Part shown: positions 47,270-58,360 of the stretch, piece after piece | How positions within the stretch are numbered: the stretch's first letter is position 1 | How the letters are laid out: each line of letters opens with the position of its first letter | Source: Vicinamibacterales bacterium | GTDB lineage: Bacteria > Acidobacteriota > Vicinamibacteria > Vicinamibacterales > UBA8438 | Direction: 5' to 3' | NCBI GenBank assembly: GCA_965222905.1 | Contig: OZ244976.1 | Span: forward strand, 6,794,012 to 6,858,011 | DNA length: 64,000 nucleotides | Made by a program: the position numbers and the translations under genes | The notes under the pieces: model-generated | Databases searched by the model: none | What the model was told of the DNA's origin: nothing | The model's input: the letters and a program-made list of their open reading frames with translations, nothing else

Positions 47270-50206
47270 CTACGCTCCGGCTCTATCGTCGTCGCGCATC
47301 TTCGCCAGCGCTTCGGTCAGCCGGCGGTGTTCCTGCTCGTACAGCCGCGCACCGAGTCCGGCTGGCCTCGCTGCTGCGAGTCTGTCGACCTTGAGCAGCC
47401 ACTCGATGTCCGCGTTGTCGCCGTCCAGCGCTGCCGCTTCCTCCCACTCGGCCTGCTTGCGCAGAATCCGCCTGACGTCGGCCGCCGTTCCGGCCTGTTC
47501 GTACGCTTCGCGCGCTTCGGCGGTGTGTCCTCTCTCTTCTTCGAGCCGCGCGACCAGCAGCGGCTCCCACCCGCTGGCGTGCAGCAGGTTCTCGACCTGG
47601 CCGAGCAGGATGTTCCGGCTGGTCTCGTTCGTGTCGGCCTCTGCCGCGTCGAGCAGCGTGCTGATCGCTGTTTCGCACAGCTCATACGCCTTGTCTGCGG
47701 CGTCTCCGTGGTAGCCGGTCAGCTTCAGCCAGCCCTCGACGTCGTCGGGGAAGTAGTGGCGGGCACTCGACGGGTCGCTTGCCCCTTCGATCAGGCCGCT
47801 TCGCAGCGTCTGCTGCATCCGCGCCACGGCCAGATCCGGCCAGTAGCGGCGTCGCGGCGCGGCGTCCTTCAATGCCTGCAGCGCTTCGAGCAGCTTCAAC
47901 CTCGGCCGGTCGTCGGGCGATTCCGTCAGCAGGAACTCGACCACGCCGTGCTCTATCGACCGGATGATCTTCTGGCCGGCCCAGTCGTGGGCGTCGCTCC
48001 CCTCGTCCGGGATTTCCTCCTCGGTTTCGGCGTCTATATCCACGCCGACTTGCAGCGAACCCCTCAGATGCACGTTGTCTTCCCTGTCCTCGCCGGCGGC
48101 GAGAAGCAGGGCCAGAGTGCGCATCAGCGTCGCGCGCGCGTCGCGGCGCACGCCGCGGTCGGACACCCCGTTCGGCACGTCCGGCGCTCCCATTTCGGCG
48201 ACCGTCTGGCCGGCGATCTCCCAGGCCCGGTCCGGGTCTTCCTCGACGATAGCCTCCGCCCGGCGGATGCGTTCGCTCGTGCGCTCTTCGGGCGTCGCCG
48301 TCTCGTCTCCGAACCTGGCGATGATGTCGTCCTGGTTGTAGCGGCCGGCTCCGCCGACCAGCGCCAGCGTGCTCAGGTCCTTGCGCGCGTCCGGTTCGAC
48401 GTTGACCACAGCCAGCGTCTCGGTCGCCCGGCTCAGCGCCACCCGCAGCTGGTCGATGGCCGTTCGCCGGCTCTCCTGCCGCAGCGGTGTCCTGTCTTCG
48501 ATCACGTTCCCGTCGAAGGCCTCGATAGCCGCTCCCACATCCAGCACGCACACCCGCTGGTACTCCAGGCCCTTGGCCTCGCCCGGCGTCAGCACCAGCT
48601 TGCGGCGCCTCTCGTCCAGCCATGCGGGGGGTTCGTCCGCTGCAGTGATCACCGCGGTTCCCTCCAGGGCGGCGAACTGCTCGACGAGCCCGTTGGCCTG
48701 TTCCGTCCGGTCGACGCGCACGTACAGCGCGTGGCCCGTGACGTGCTCGGACTCGACTACCGGCTGCTGCTTCTCCGGCCGGCGGTTCTTGTCGACCAGG
48801 CTGTAGAAGATGTTCGACCGGTTGACGACGGCCGCGATCCGCGACGGGCAGCGCACGTGATCGTGCAGATCGAACGTTGCCGGCTTGCGCCAGCGGCTGC
48901 TCAGCAGCTCGGTGTAGCGTCCCCACTCGAAGCCGCTGGCCTCGACGCGCTGCCCGGCGTCCCCGGCTATCAGCAGCCACGGGCTCTTGCCCGTGCGCTT
49001 GCGGCATGCCCGGAGCAGCTCGAGCAGCATCCAGAACTCGGTCAGGGTCAGGTCCTGCGCCTCGTCGACGACGAGACGGTCGAACTCCATCCCCTCCGGC
49101 AGGCCCTTGCTGGAGAGCAGGCGCGCGGCGGCCGCGGCGGCCGCCAACTCGGGGAATATCTCCACGCGGGTGCTCTCGGGCACCTTCTCCCACAACCGCA
49201 GGAGCGTCTTCGCCGTAGCGGCGCCGATCCCCTGCTCGTTGCCCCGCTGCTGGCGGTACGCATCCGGGCGCAGCGCCGCCAGCTTCGCGCCTTCGTTGCT
49301 GTCGGCCTCGCCGTCGACGCCTCTACCGAGCAGCCGCCCGCGCACTTCGGCGTACACGGCGGCCTCGTGGCCTTTCCACGGGTGGCGTTCGTGGCCGACG
49401 GCCTGCTCAATCGCAAGGCCGAGTTTCCTCCGGCTTTCGGCCGGCGGTATCCGGCGCACGTCCGCGCCGGTGATCTCGCCGGTCAGCGTCCGGAAGTCCG
49501 TCGCGCGGACCCGGCTCGTCGACGGCGCGAAGGCCGCCAGCCGTTCCTCGGCGCTGCGTTTCAGCCGCGCCGACCACGTGACGTAGAGGACGTTCTCGCC
49601 CGAACGCGCTTCGATGGCCCGCCACAGCGCCGTCGTCTTGCCGCTTCCCGGGCGTCCGCGCAGCACCCGCACCGGGCTCCGGTCGGTCTCGAACGACGCC
49701 TGCTGTCTGTTCTGCGGCCGTCCTGCGATGTCCTCGTCTATATCCGTCGCCTGCTGGATCGGCAGGTAGTCGGCCCGCCTGCCGCCACCCAGCGCCGCAT
49801 GGTCGTCGTGGTGCCGCACGGCGCGCACGACTATCGTTCCCGGCTCGGCGCCGCAACTGTCCGCCGGTCCGCTGCTCCCGGCTATCCCCCACCACAAGTA
49901 GTACTGGCTGCCGCGTGCGCCGCCGAGCGGCGAGCGCCGCCACCCGCGGTTCGGTCGCGCGCACCCCTTGACGATCGCGGTGCGTCCGTGGGCGGCCAGC
50001 TGCTCGAGGATCAGCCCGAGCCGCCGGTACAGGTGCGACCACTCCCGCAGCGTGTCCGACACGCTCGGGTGCAGCCATATCGGCTTCGCCAGCGAGCACG
50101 GCTCGTCGGGCTTCTCCGGCGCGATGTCAGCGCTGAAGCCGTTGGCCTCGTCCGCGGCTCCCGCCCGGGGCCGGCTTGCGCCGCGGTTCCGGCGTCTGTT
50201 GGTCAT
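47270..50206 (-). CDS. 978-aa SF1 (UvrD/Rep-like) helicase with an N-terminal RelE-like domain and a C-terminal helical region
   Basis: GRPGSGKTT, YVTWS, VVDEAQD, AGDAGQ, HVRCP, TPGEAKGLEY, LRVALSRA; N-terminal ...YYLWW...VRAVRHHDD. Confidence 0.9.
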   Translation of the reverse strand: MTNRRRNRGASRPRAGAADEANGFSADIAPEKPDEPCSLAKPIWLHPSVSDTLREWSHLYRRLGLILEQLAAHGRTAIVKGCARPNRGWRRSPLGGARGSQYYLWWGIAGSSGPADSCGAEPGTIVVRAVRHHDDHAALGGGRRADYLPIQQATDIDEDIAGRPQNRQQASFETDRSPVRVLRGRPGSGKTTALWRAIEARSGENVLYVTWSARLKRSAEERLAAFAPSTSRVRATDFRTLTGEITGADVRRIPPAESRRKLGLAIEQAVGHERHPWKGHEAAVYAEVRGRLLGRGVDGEADSNEGAKLAALRPDAYRQQRGNEQGIGAATAKTLLRLWEKVPESTRVEIFPELAAAAAAARLLSSKGLPEGMEFDRLVVDEAQDLTLTEFWMLLELLRACRKRTGKSPWLLIAGDAGQRVEASGFEWGRYTELLSSRWRKPATFDLHDHVRCPSRIAAVVNRSNIFYSLVDKNRRPEKQQPVVESEHVTGHALYVRVDRTEQANGLVEQFAALEGTAVITAADEPPAWLDERRRKLVLTPGEAKGLEYQRVCVLDVGAAIEAFDGNVIEDRTPLRQESRRTAIDQLRVALSRATETLAVVNVEPDARKDLSTLALVGGAGRYNQDDIIARFGDETATPEERTSERIRRAEAIVEEDPDRAWEIAGQTVAEMGAPDVPNGVSDRGVRRDARATLMRTLALLLAAGEDREDNVHLRGSLQVGVDIDAETEEEIPDEGSDAHDWAGQKIIRSIEHGVVEFLLTESPDDRPRLKLLEALQALKDAAPRRRYWPDLAVARMQQTLRSGLIEGASDPSSARHYFPDDVEGWLKLTGYHGDAADKAYELCETAISTLLDAAEADTNETSRNILLGQVENLLHASGWEPLLVARLEEERGHTAEAREAYEQAGTAADVRRILRKQAEWEEAAALDGDNADIEWLLKVDRLAAARPAGLGARLYEQEHRRLTEALAKMRDDDRAGA

Positions 50207-50829
50207 TACAGCTCGTCCTCGTCGTGCATCACCCTGTTGGCCAGCACCCACGCCAGCGTCTCGCGCGCCTTGCGGTTGAGCGGGATGCGCTCGTCCTCGC
50301 GCGCCCTCTCGATCCGCTCGTACGTCTTGTGCCGCCGTCGCCGGGCGTACAGCCCGAGGAAGTGCGCCAGGGCCTTGCTCTCGCAGACTTCCCTGACCGT
50401 GTAGTAGCGGTACGTCGGCGGCTCGCCGCTCCGGCTGTCGACAAGAACGTCGATCTGCTCCACCCGCCCCGGCAGCCACGAGATGCCCCGACCGCGTCCG
50501 CCCAGCCCTGCACTGAACGCCAGCATCTCGTCGAGCCACTTGTCGAGGAGCATTCCGGCCTCGCCCTTGCCGAACTGCTCGCCGTGCTCGTTGGTCACCC
50601 ACCGCCGCATGTAGCGGCGTCCGGCCGCGCGCAGGAACGCCGGGCCCTGCTGGCCGCCGAGGCTCTTGCCGTCGCTGTCGAGTCCCGCCGGCATCGTGCC
50701 CTCGTGCAGCCACGCGTCGGCTGCCCTCAGGTCGACCGCGCGCGCGAGCGTCGGGTGCAGCTCGGGCGGCACTCTCTTCACCACGTCCGCATACAGCGGG
50801 TGCTCGCTCCATCGGATGTCGTTCATCAT
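50206..50829 (-). CDS. Unknown protein, 207 aa, translationally coupled to the helicase
   Basis: TAA overlaps the helicase ATG (TAATG); strongly biased codon usage. Confidence 0.8.
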   Translation of the reverse strand: MMNDIRWSEHPLYADVVKRVPPELHPTLARAVDLRAADAWLHEGTMPAGLDSDGKSLGGQQGPAFLRAAGRRYMRRWVTNEHGEQFGKGEAGMLLDKWLDEMLAFSAGLGGRGRGISWLPGRVEQIDVLVDSRSGEPPTYRYYTVREVCESKALAHFLGLYARRRRHKTYERIERAREDERIPLNRKARETLAWVLANRVMHDEDEL

Positions 50830-51009
50830 CGCTTCGGTGCCGCGGTTGGCCTGCCGTGGCGCGCGGCCTTCGCATCCGCGCGGCCAGCGGCTGGTTCGGG
50901 CAGCAGGCCCACGGGTTCCGCTACGGCCGTACAGTAGATGATCTTGGGGGGCGTCGGGCGCGCTGTCGCCCGCCCGGCCGCGGCACTGCTCGACTTGCTC
51001 GACCCGCCG

Positions 51010-51375
51010 CCCGGCACGGCCTTGACCCGGCCTGGCATCGCGACACCGACGTGCATCTGCGCGTCCGCTTGGGCGAGGCGCCCAAGGAAGGGACCTCGGC
51101 GGGCGTGACGATCTGGCCGCACCGGTGTCGGCGTTGACGGGCCGTCCGGTACGCGGCCTGGCGATGAGTGCGAAATCACCCTCGACGGCCAAGTGCTCGC
51201 GGTCGGCGGCATCGCCGAGAAGGTGCTCGCCGCGCACCGCGGCGGCCTGGGCCGCGTCCTCCTGCCGCTGGGGAACCGCAGGCAGGTCGACGAGGACCTC
51301 GACGACGGCCTCCGGTGCGCGGTCGTCGTCGACTACGTCACGCGGACCGAGGAGTTGGGTCGATCTGGCCCTGCA
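51010..51375 (+). pseudogene. Lon protease C-terminal (S16) domain remnant
   Basis: [19 protein letters not shown]...[36 protein letters not shown]; frameshifted. Confidence 0.8.
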
Positions 51376-51539
51376 TCGTGAGGAGGTCGTCGAGCCGCAT
51401 CCCGAGCAGCCGCGCGCACGCGGGCAGCATCCCCGGAACGCTTCCAGCGCCGTATCGCCTGCGGTGTCGAACCGCGCGATGAACACGTCGAGCAATACGC
51501 GTTCCCGGAAGAGAAGGGGGCATCGACAACACGACCGAG

Positions 51540-51665
51540 AGAAGTGGCTGGAGTCCAATCCCGACGGGGTCCTCCAAGATGGACGGATCCGGAGCATCGG
51601 GCGCCAGGTCCGAACCGACCGCGGCGGACTCATCGACCTCGTCGGCGTGGACCGCGACGGATCCG
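51540..51665 (+). pseudogene. NucS/EndoMS-like PD-(D/E)xK nuclease fragment
   Basis: EKWLESNPDGVL..GRIRSIGRQVRTDRGGLIDLVGVDRDG; truncated before the ExK motif. Confidence 0.6.
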
Positions 51666-52561
51666 TATGCAATCGGCGCTACGGTTTGAACGGGACGCCA
51701 TTCGACGACCGCACCCCGAGGTTTCGGAGGATGGTGACCAGACGGAGGGCCTGTTCGGGCCCGGCGGCGCGCGCTACGACTGGGTCGCCTTTATCGCCGA
51801 CGGGTTCCGGGCTTGCTGGCTCTGTCCTCGTCCGTCGGCGAGCTCGGTTGTCCGCCGAGTCCGGAGCGTCGTGACTCCGTGTGGCGGTGAGGGTCCCGCG
51901 AATCTCGGCCTTGTCCTTCTGCCGGCGTCCGGGTCCCGAGGGCCGTGGTGTTGCCGGCACTCCCTTTCTTCCGTCGCCGTCGCTTGTCACGGCGCCGCAT
52001 TACTGCTCCTTTGCGAGAACCCCAGCGTCGAGATCGCTCAAACGCAGCATCGTACACCGCGAGCGTCGACTCGCGGATCGACACCGATACCCTCGCAGAA
52101 GCAGCCCGACGCCGGGTACTTGGTGATGTCGGTCCCGGCGGGTGTTGCAGCGCGAAGCCGCCGCGAGTTCCCTGACCGCCGGCCGCTCCTGCACTACTGC
52201 ATCGCCGCGGGCCGGCAGCATAGATATTAGTTGGAGTCCTGCCTATCGCTGTTGATCTGTGACAATCCGTCCCACGCCTCCTCATCGCTCTGCGCGCCCT
52301 CGAGGACGCGCGCGATACCCTCCGGCGATACGCCCGCAAGGCGCGCGCGCACAGCGCTCATCCAAGTCGCGACCGGGTCGGGTGAGCCGGGAAAGCAGGT
52401 TCTCGCTTCTGTACGCCGTGCCGGCCGCGTCGGCTGCGCAGACGGAGTTTCACTACCAGTACGGCAAGCTTGCGAATCCCTTCGCGCGGACGCGCCACTT
52501 CACGGACATTCAGGCGGTTCAGCTGGCGTCGAGCTGGTGCCCGGGGACAGCATCGTGTTAT

Positions 52562-54140
52562 GGGCGCATTCCCGATTTCCCGGTCACGCGCTCACACCCA
52601 CCGGCGTCATGGCCATCCGCTGCAAACAGTTCCATCTGCCGGACTTATAGAAAGACCGCAGGAGAAGAATCGCGTCGACGCTCTCCGGTAGCCAATAGAT
52701 GGATGCGCCCTTGATGCGGAGATTGATGACGCGACGGATGGCGCTTTCGACGGCGCCGCTGCCCCGCGGAAGCCCGAGCCCGACCATTGTGGTGTAGGCG
52801 AAACGATGACGGTTCTTCAGGAAGTAGTTGAGGTGCGTGCGGATCTTGCCGGCCGTGCGCCCGCGGCACAGCTCCCGCAGGGCCGTGATCACCTCGTCCA
52901 CCCGTGCTCGCTTGAGCAGCCCCCGCGTGCGGTTGAGCCAGCGGGTGCGTTGGGTCGCGCTCCAGCGGCGCAGCTTGACCGCGTCCGAGAGTTGCTTGGC
53001 GGCATGATAGAAGTCGATCAGCCCCAGCACCTGTGTCGGCGAGAGCCCGAGCGCGGCGATGAGGCGCTGGAGGCGTCGCCAGATCCAGGGCGCGCCGTCG
53101 GCGATGAAGAGCACCTTGTCAGCGGCGTTGAGGCCGACCTGCCGCGCGTACGACAACAGCAGGGCGAAGACCGCCTCCGGTCCCCGGAGCGTGCCGTCGA
53201 TGATCGGGGCCCACGTCTGAGACGGTCGCCCGTCGTCGCCGACGACGTACAGGATGAGGAGCTTCGGTTCCTTCCAGTCGGTATGGAATCGGTTGCGCCC
53301 CTTCTTCGTCTTGGGGCCACGCTTCTTGCGCCTCACACGGACGCGGCCCCCGTCGAGGGAGACGACCACCCGCTTCCCGGTCACGCGGTCCAGCAGGCCG
53401 CACGCCGCGCTCTGCTGGGCCGCTCGGGCCCGCGCAGCGTAGCGATAGGCGGTCGAGCGGAGGGTCTTGATATCCAGGGCGATGCCGTCGGAGCGGAGCT
53501 GCGCCTGCGCTTCGGCCAGCGAGCTGTGCATGGCGACCGCGCGGCTTGCATCCGAGGCCAGCTTCGGCGTGCACCGGTCGTAGATGCCCAGCACCACCAA
53601 GGCGGGGTAGAGTCCCGGCCTCCGCTTCGCCCGACGGGCGTGTTTCTCGCGGTAGTACGGCGTCGTGACCGGCACCGTCGTGCCCCGGGAGGTGCGAACG
53701 TTGACGGTCTCCAGGCCGTCGCTCCGCATCCGCCGGGGCAGGTGGCGACGAGGGCGCTCGCCGCGTCGCCAACCGCGGCCGAGCGCACCGCGCGTTGCAG
53801 CACGGGGGTGAGGAGGGCGCCGAAGAACTCGTCCGCGATGACCCGCAGCTGCTCTTCGCACTGCTCCGCTTCCTCTGCCGACCTGGGCGCTGGAGCACGC
53901 GCCTCAAACTCCAGCGCCCGCCGGAGGGCAGTGCGCAGGTGGACGGGAATGTTGCCAAGATCGATCTCGCGGCTCGGGGTGTCGATGGCGCTCTTGTCCA
54001 TTTCAACGCACCATCATGGGCAGTCCGAGCCGTAATGTCCAGTACCACCCTCCCCGTCTGTCCGAAGACCGGCTCAACCTCCCCCAGCCTCACAGTCCAT
54101 CTTTGCCTACACACTGCTCCGGGAAATCGGGAATGCGCCC
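52562..54140 (-). mobile_element. ISKra4-family IS (1579 bp) with a frameshifted transposase
   Basis: Perfect 21-bp IR GGGCGCATTCCCGATTTCCCG; transposase split between 53381-54001 and 52584-53861 (VSLDGG, FIADGAPWIW, IDFYHA, GSGAVESAIRRV); no target duplication seen. Confidence 0.9.
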
Positions 54141-54412
54141 GGCGGACCGGCTGCCCGGCCCGGCTCGCCTGTCGTGTGACTGCAGCAACCCGCTCGCCGA
54201 CAACGGTGTCCAGGGTCTGGGCGTGCGTTGCGGGCGACGCCGCCACGAACATCAGACCCGCTACGAGCGGCCCGAATACGAAGGCACGAACCTGACTCGG
54301 CAAGCCAGGAGCCTGCGCCGTAGAACGCAACGGAGCGAGTTCTGCTGCGCAGGCTCCTGGGCCGGTGGGGGCTGGGGCCGAACGCGGCGCCCTGGCGACG
54401 GGTTTGGCGGCG

Positions 54413-55117
54413 CTAGTCATGGGCCGAGCTCCCGGGATGCAGACTGCACCTGCCATCGAAGAGGTGAATCTCCCGCCTGGCGTGCTCCGCGTAGCGCGGG
54501 TCGTGGGTCACCATGCAGACGGTCGAGCCCTCGTCGTGCAGCGCCTGCAGCAGCCCCATCACCGCCTCGCCGTTCTTCGAGTCGAGGTTGCCGGTCGGCT
54601 CGTCGGCCAGCAGGATGGACGGCTGCCCGGCCACTGCCCGCGCCACCGCCACGCGCTGCTGCTGGCCGCCGGAGAGCTGGCTCGGCAGGTGCTTCGCCCG
54701 GTGGGCCATCTCCACCTTCTCGAGCGCCTCGGTCACCCGTTCCCGCCGTTCCGCCCGCTTCATGCCGCGGTAGGTGAGCGGCAGCTCGACGTTCTCGTAG
54801 ACCGTCAGGTCGCCGATCAGGTTGAAGCTCTGGAAGATGAAGCCGACCTCGCGGTTGCGGGTCCACGCCCGGTCGGCCTGGCTGAGCTGCGCCACCGGGC
54901 GGCCGTTCAGCGTGTAGTCGCCGGCGGTAGGTGAATCGAGCAGACCGAGGATCGACAGCAGCGTCGACTTCCCGCAGCCCGACGGACCGGAGATGGCGAC
55001 GTACTCGCCGGGGTGGATGGACAGATCGATGCCGTCGAGGGCATGTGTTTCGACCTCGTCGGTGTAGAAGATCTTCGAGACGTTCTGCAACTGAATCAAG
55101 GCTGACGCTTCACTCAT
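54413..55117 (-). CDS. ABC transporter ATP-binding protein (MacB/LolD-like)
   Basis: GPSGCGKST, LSGGQQQRV, LLADEPTGNLD, MVTHD. Confidence 0.95.
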   Translation of the reverse strand: MSEASALIQLQNVSKIFYTDEVETHALDGIDLSIHPGEYVAISGPSGCGKSTLLSILGLLDSPTAGDYTLNGRPVAQLSQADRAWTRNREVGFIFQSFNLIGDLTVYENVELPLTYRGMKRAERRERVTEALEKVEMAHRAKHLPSQLSGGQQQRVAVARAVAGQPSILLADEPTGNLDSKNGEAVMGLLQALHDEGSTVCMVTHDPRYAEHARREIHLFDGRCSLHPGSSAHD

Positions 55118-55195
55118 CTCGGCATGCCTCCGTTTCAGACGTGACGTTCCTGCTCCGCACCGGTCTTTCCCCTTGCTCGACGCGTGAGAGCGGCC

Positions 55196-56449
55196 CTATT
55201 CGATACGCACCCGATCGAACTGATCCCAGGTGGACATGTCGGACAGGACCACGCGGTCGCCCGGCTGCAAGCCCTCCAGCACCTCGATGGTATTCACCGA
55301 GGCGCGGCCCAGGCTCACCCGCATTCGGGACGCGTGCGTGCCGTCGGCCTCGACCCTGAACAGGCTGACCACGCTCTCCTCCTGACCGAACACCGGCCGG
55401 CCGACGAAGAGGACGTCGTCCATCCGCTCCAGCTCGATGGTGCCGTCGACCGTCAGGTCCGGGCGGGCGCCCCGCGGCAGCGCGCCGTCGAGGGCGACGT
55501 CGACCGTCACCGTCCCGTTCTCCACCGCCGGGTCGATGCGGGTGACGTGGCCCGGGATGATGCCGTTGCGGGTGTCGATGGCCGCGGACTGGCCGATCTG
55601 GATGTCCTTGGCCTGCGTCTCCGCGATGCGCAGCTCGGCCTTCAGGACGGCCGGATCGCCCACCCGGGCGAGGTTCGTGCCCGTGGTGACGCGCTGCCCT
55701 TCCTCGAGCGGCACCTGTTGCAGGACGCCGGGCATGCCGGCCCGGACGCGTAGGTCGGCCACCTGCTGCTGCCGCAGCTCGTACACCGTCCGCAGCCGGT
55801 CCACCTCGGCCTGTTCGACCGCGAGCTGCGCCTCGACGGTGCCGGTGGCCATCTGCAGCCGTTCCTGCTCGAGCGCGTAGCGCGTGTCGAACTCCTGCTC
55901 GGCGGACTGCGACTGCTGCAGTTGCAACGACGAGACGAGGCCCTGCGCGAAGAGCTGCCCGTCGGCGTCCGCCTGCAAACGGGCCGTCTTCAACTGCGCG
56001 TCGGTGGTCGCAAGCGTCGCCCGCTGGTTGAGCAGCTCGCGCTCCACCTCCACCTGGCGGTTGCTGTAGCGCGCCTCGGCGGCTTCGAGATTCAGCCGCG
56101 CCTCGAGCGTGGACTGCTCCAGCTCGGGGTTGCTCAGCTCGAGGATCACGGTGGCGGGGGCGACGAGGGCGCCGGGTCGGATGACGATCCGCTCGACGGT
56201 GCCGTCGGTAGTGGCCGGGATCCAGCGGATCTGCTCCGGGACCAGCGTCCCGGTGCCGCGCACCTGCCGGACCATCGGGCCGCGCTGCACCGTGTCCAGA
56301 TAGAGCGTGTCGCGGTCGACGCGCGGCGCCGCCGGCTCCAGGCGCGAGACGCCCAGCGTGACGACAGCCACCGCCATGACCGCGGTCGCGGCATACAGAG
56401 CTTGGCGCAGCTTCTTCTTCCGTGCGAGATCGGGTCGGGAGATGTCCAT
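55196..56449 (-). CDS. Efflux periplasmic adaptor subunit (HlyD/MacA-like)
   Basis: N-terminal TM; VQRGPMVRQVRGTGTLVP; coiled coil; GEV/GTVTVDV-type beta-barrel; LEGLQPGDRVV. Confidence 0.9.
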   Translation of the reverse strand: MDISRPDLARKKKLRQALYAATAVMAVAVVTLGVSRLEPAAPRVDRDTLYLDTVQRGPMVRQVRGTGTLVPEQIRWIPATTDGTVERIVIRPGALVAPATVILELSNPELEQSTLEARLNLEAAEARYSNRQVEVERELLNQRATLATTDAQLKTARLQADADGQLFAQGLVSSLQLQQSQSAEQEFDTRYALEQERLQMATGTVEAQLAVEQAEVDRLRTVYELRQQQVADLRVRAGMPGVLQQVPLEEGQRVTTGTNLARVGDPAVLKAELRIAETQAKDIQIGQSAAIDTRNGIIPGHVTRIDPAVENGTVTVDVALDGALPRGARPDLTVDGTIELERMDDVLFVGRPVFGQEESVVSLFRVEADGTHASRMRVSLGRASVNTIEVLEGLQPGDRVVLSDMSTWDQFDRVRIE

Positions 56450-56473
56450 TTGTCGTTACCGCCTCTGATAGAC

Positions 56474-56490
56474 ATATCGATTTCCGATAG
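56474..56490. promoter_or_regulatory. Candidate operator TATCG-N5-CGATA upstream of the efflux adaptor gene
   Basis: TATCG ATTTC CGATA in an AT-rich upstream region; a similar motif lies upstream of padR. Confidence 0.35.
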
Positions 56491-56647
56491 AACACATCTA
56501 TAGAATTACAATACGTAGCGGGTTGCGATGTGGTTCCGCCCGGAGGGGGGCCGTCGTGAACCCCCGGTCGACCTGCGCCACTCTGCCCGCCGGAACGACG
56601 GCAGCGGCGACGCTCACTGCGCCGCGGACGAAGACGACGCCAGTGAG

Positions 56648-57068
56648 CTACTCGATACGTAGAGCGGCGAGAGGGTCCACGCGGGCCGCCCGGCGCGCGG
56701 GCACGCCCGCAGCCGCGGCGGCCACCAGCAACAGCACGAGGGACACGCCCGCCAGCGTGGTGAGGTCGGTCGGCGAGACTTCGAAGAGCAGCGACACCAG
56801 CGCGCGCGAGGCCAACAGACCGGCGGCGACGCCTGCTCCCGCCAAGCGGAGGGCGCCGCCCACGACCATCCGGACCATGTCCCGCGGCTGCGCGCCCATG
56901 GCGAGCCGCAGGCCGATCGCGGCGACGGCGAAGCCGGGGCTGCGCCGCAGCACCCGCAGCCCGTAACGAACGTCCAGAAGCCCTTCCGCCAGAGCCGAGC
57001 CGAATCGCGACGCGCGGACGCGCTCCTCGGGTCGCCCCGTCGCGGCCGTCGCCGGCGTCAGGAGCCAT
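56648..57068 (-). pseudogene. FtsX/MacB-type ABC permease collapsed by internal deletion
   Basis: N-terminal DVRYGLRVLRRSPGFAVAAI joined directly to C-terminal GLRLAMGAQPRD...PARRAARVDPLAALRIE. Confidence 0.85.
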
Positions 57069-57260
57069 GCCCGTCACCAGGTCCGGGGCGACCGTGACGA
57101 ATCCCTCGGCCGCGAATGCGTCGGCGACACTCGCTGTCGGTCATCATCGCACGTGTCAGGTGCGGGGCGCTCCTTTCGCTTCAAGGGCATCGGTCCACTC
57201 TCGGCACCGTCGAGCCGCCGTCGTCAGCATCCACCAGGCAGACGAGGTATCTTTGGCGTC

Positions 57261-57909
57261 GTGAGCGAAGGTCCGCGGACGCTCGGCGGGAAGCTCGCGG
57301 CACTGACGGGCCGTTCGAAGCTCGCCGAGCTTGCGATCGAGTCCCTGATGGTAGTGTTCGCCGTCCTCGTCGCGTTCGGCGTCGAGGAGTGGCGGGAAGA
57401 GCGCCAGCTACGCCAGTTCGCCGATGTGGCGCGGGCTGCGGTAGAGCTGGAGCTCAGGGAGAACCTGGACGAATTCCGCAAGGCAGAGCCGGCGCTGGCA
57501 GAGGCCACCGAACTGTTCCAGCGCGTACTCCAGGCCGAGAGCGAGGACGACCCCATCTTCGCGGACGGCGAGATAAGTTTCTCCCTTCCTCTGGCGGAAA
57601 TCTCGTCGGCAGCCTGGCGTGCGGCGCAAGCCAGTCAGGCTTCACCCCTATTTCGACTACGACTGGGTCATCCGGATCTCGCGGGTCCATGACGTGCACG
57701 TTCTTTACGAGCAGGCACGCGGCCAGTTGCTCAGCGACATGAGCCTGCTGTTGGCCACCATGTCATCCGATACGTCCCCGCTCGAGATCAAGGATGAGCT
57801 CCGCCGGGTCCACGGACGGCTCCTGCTGCTCCATCAGGTGCACGCGGCGGTACAAGGGGAAATCCAGACGCTGCTGGACGACGCGGAATCCGCCCCGCCG
57901 CAGGAATAG
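57261..57909 (+). pseudogene. Membrane-anchored DUF6090-like protein, frameshifted near 57645
   Basis: ELAIESLMVVFAVLVAFGVEEWREER...ISSAAWRAAQ / PYFDYDWVIRISRVHD. Confidence 0.65.
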
Positions 57910-58019
57910 GTACTGCTCGCAACACGCGGTGTGCGTCAATTGCCTGACGGCGAGGACGTTCACTTCCGGGTCCGGCTGGAACCCCGCGCAGGTTGTCGCC
58001 TGCGGTCTTGACACTTTCC

Positions 58020-58290
58020 GTGCGCCTGCTGGCCGACCGTGTACAGTCGCTGCCGGCCGTTCTCGGCGCCGCGTACACCAGGCAGCTTCCCATGGTCCGG
58101 GCGCGGTCGCTGGTACCCCTGCGCACTACGCCGGAACTGCCGGCCGAGCCGGCCCCGCCTCCCGCCCCGCCGGGCGTGGTGAACCCGCCCGAGTGGCCGG
58201 ACACGGGCATGTCAGCCACGACTATCTCGACGTCAGGGGAATCGGCGTCGTGGCGGGACGCGGCTTCGACGAGAGCGACTGTCAGAAAGG
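58020..58290 (+). pseudogene. MacB-like permease periplasmic-domain fragment
   Basis: LADRVQSLPAVLGAAYTRQLP; VSHDYLDVRGIGVVAGRGFDESD. Confidence 0.6.
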
Positions 58291-58360
58291 GAATTACTTC
58301 CGACTCGTCGGGGAATAGAACCGGCTGGCTGGTGTCGTTCCCTTTGTCGGGGGGTTGGGC

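Noticed and set aside
47270-50206. Gabija (GajB) or core UvrD/Rep assignment
   Set aside because: No OLD-family GajA nuclease is adjacent, and the extra N- and C-terminal domains do not fit a housekeeping UvrD.
51010-51375. BrxL/BREX link to the nearby helicase
   Set aside because: The fragment resembles a canonical Lon C-terminus, is frameshifted and divergently oriented, and no pglX or pglZ is present.
52410-52561. Possible Tsx-like outer-membrane channel start (AQTEFHYQYGKLANPF)
   Set aside because: Too short and truncated by the IS; the family call cannot be made from about 40 aa.
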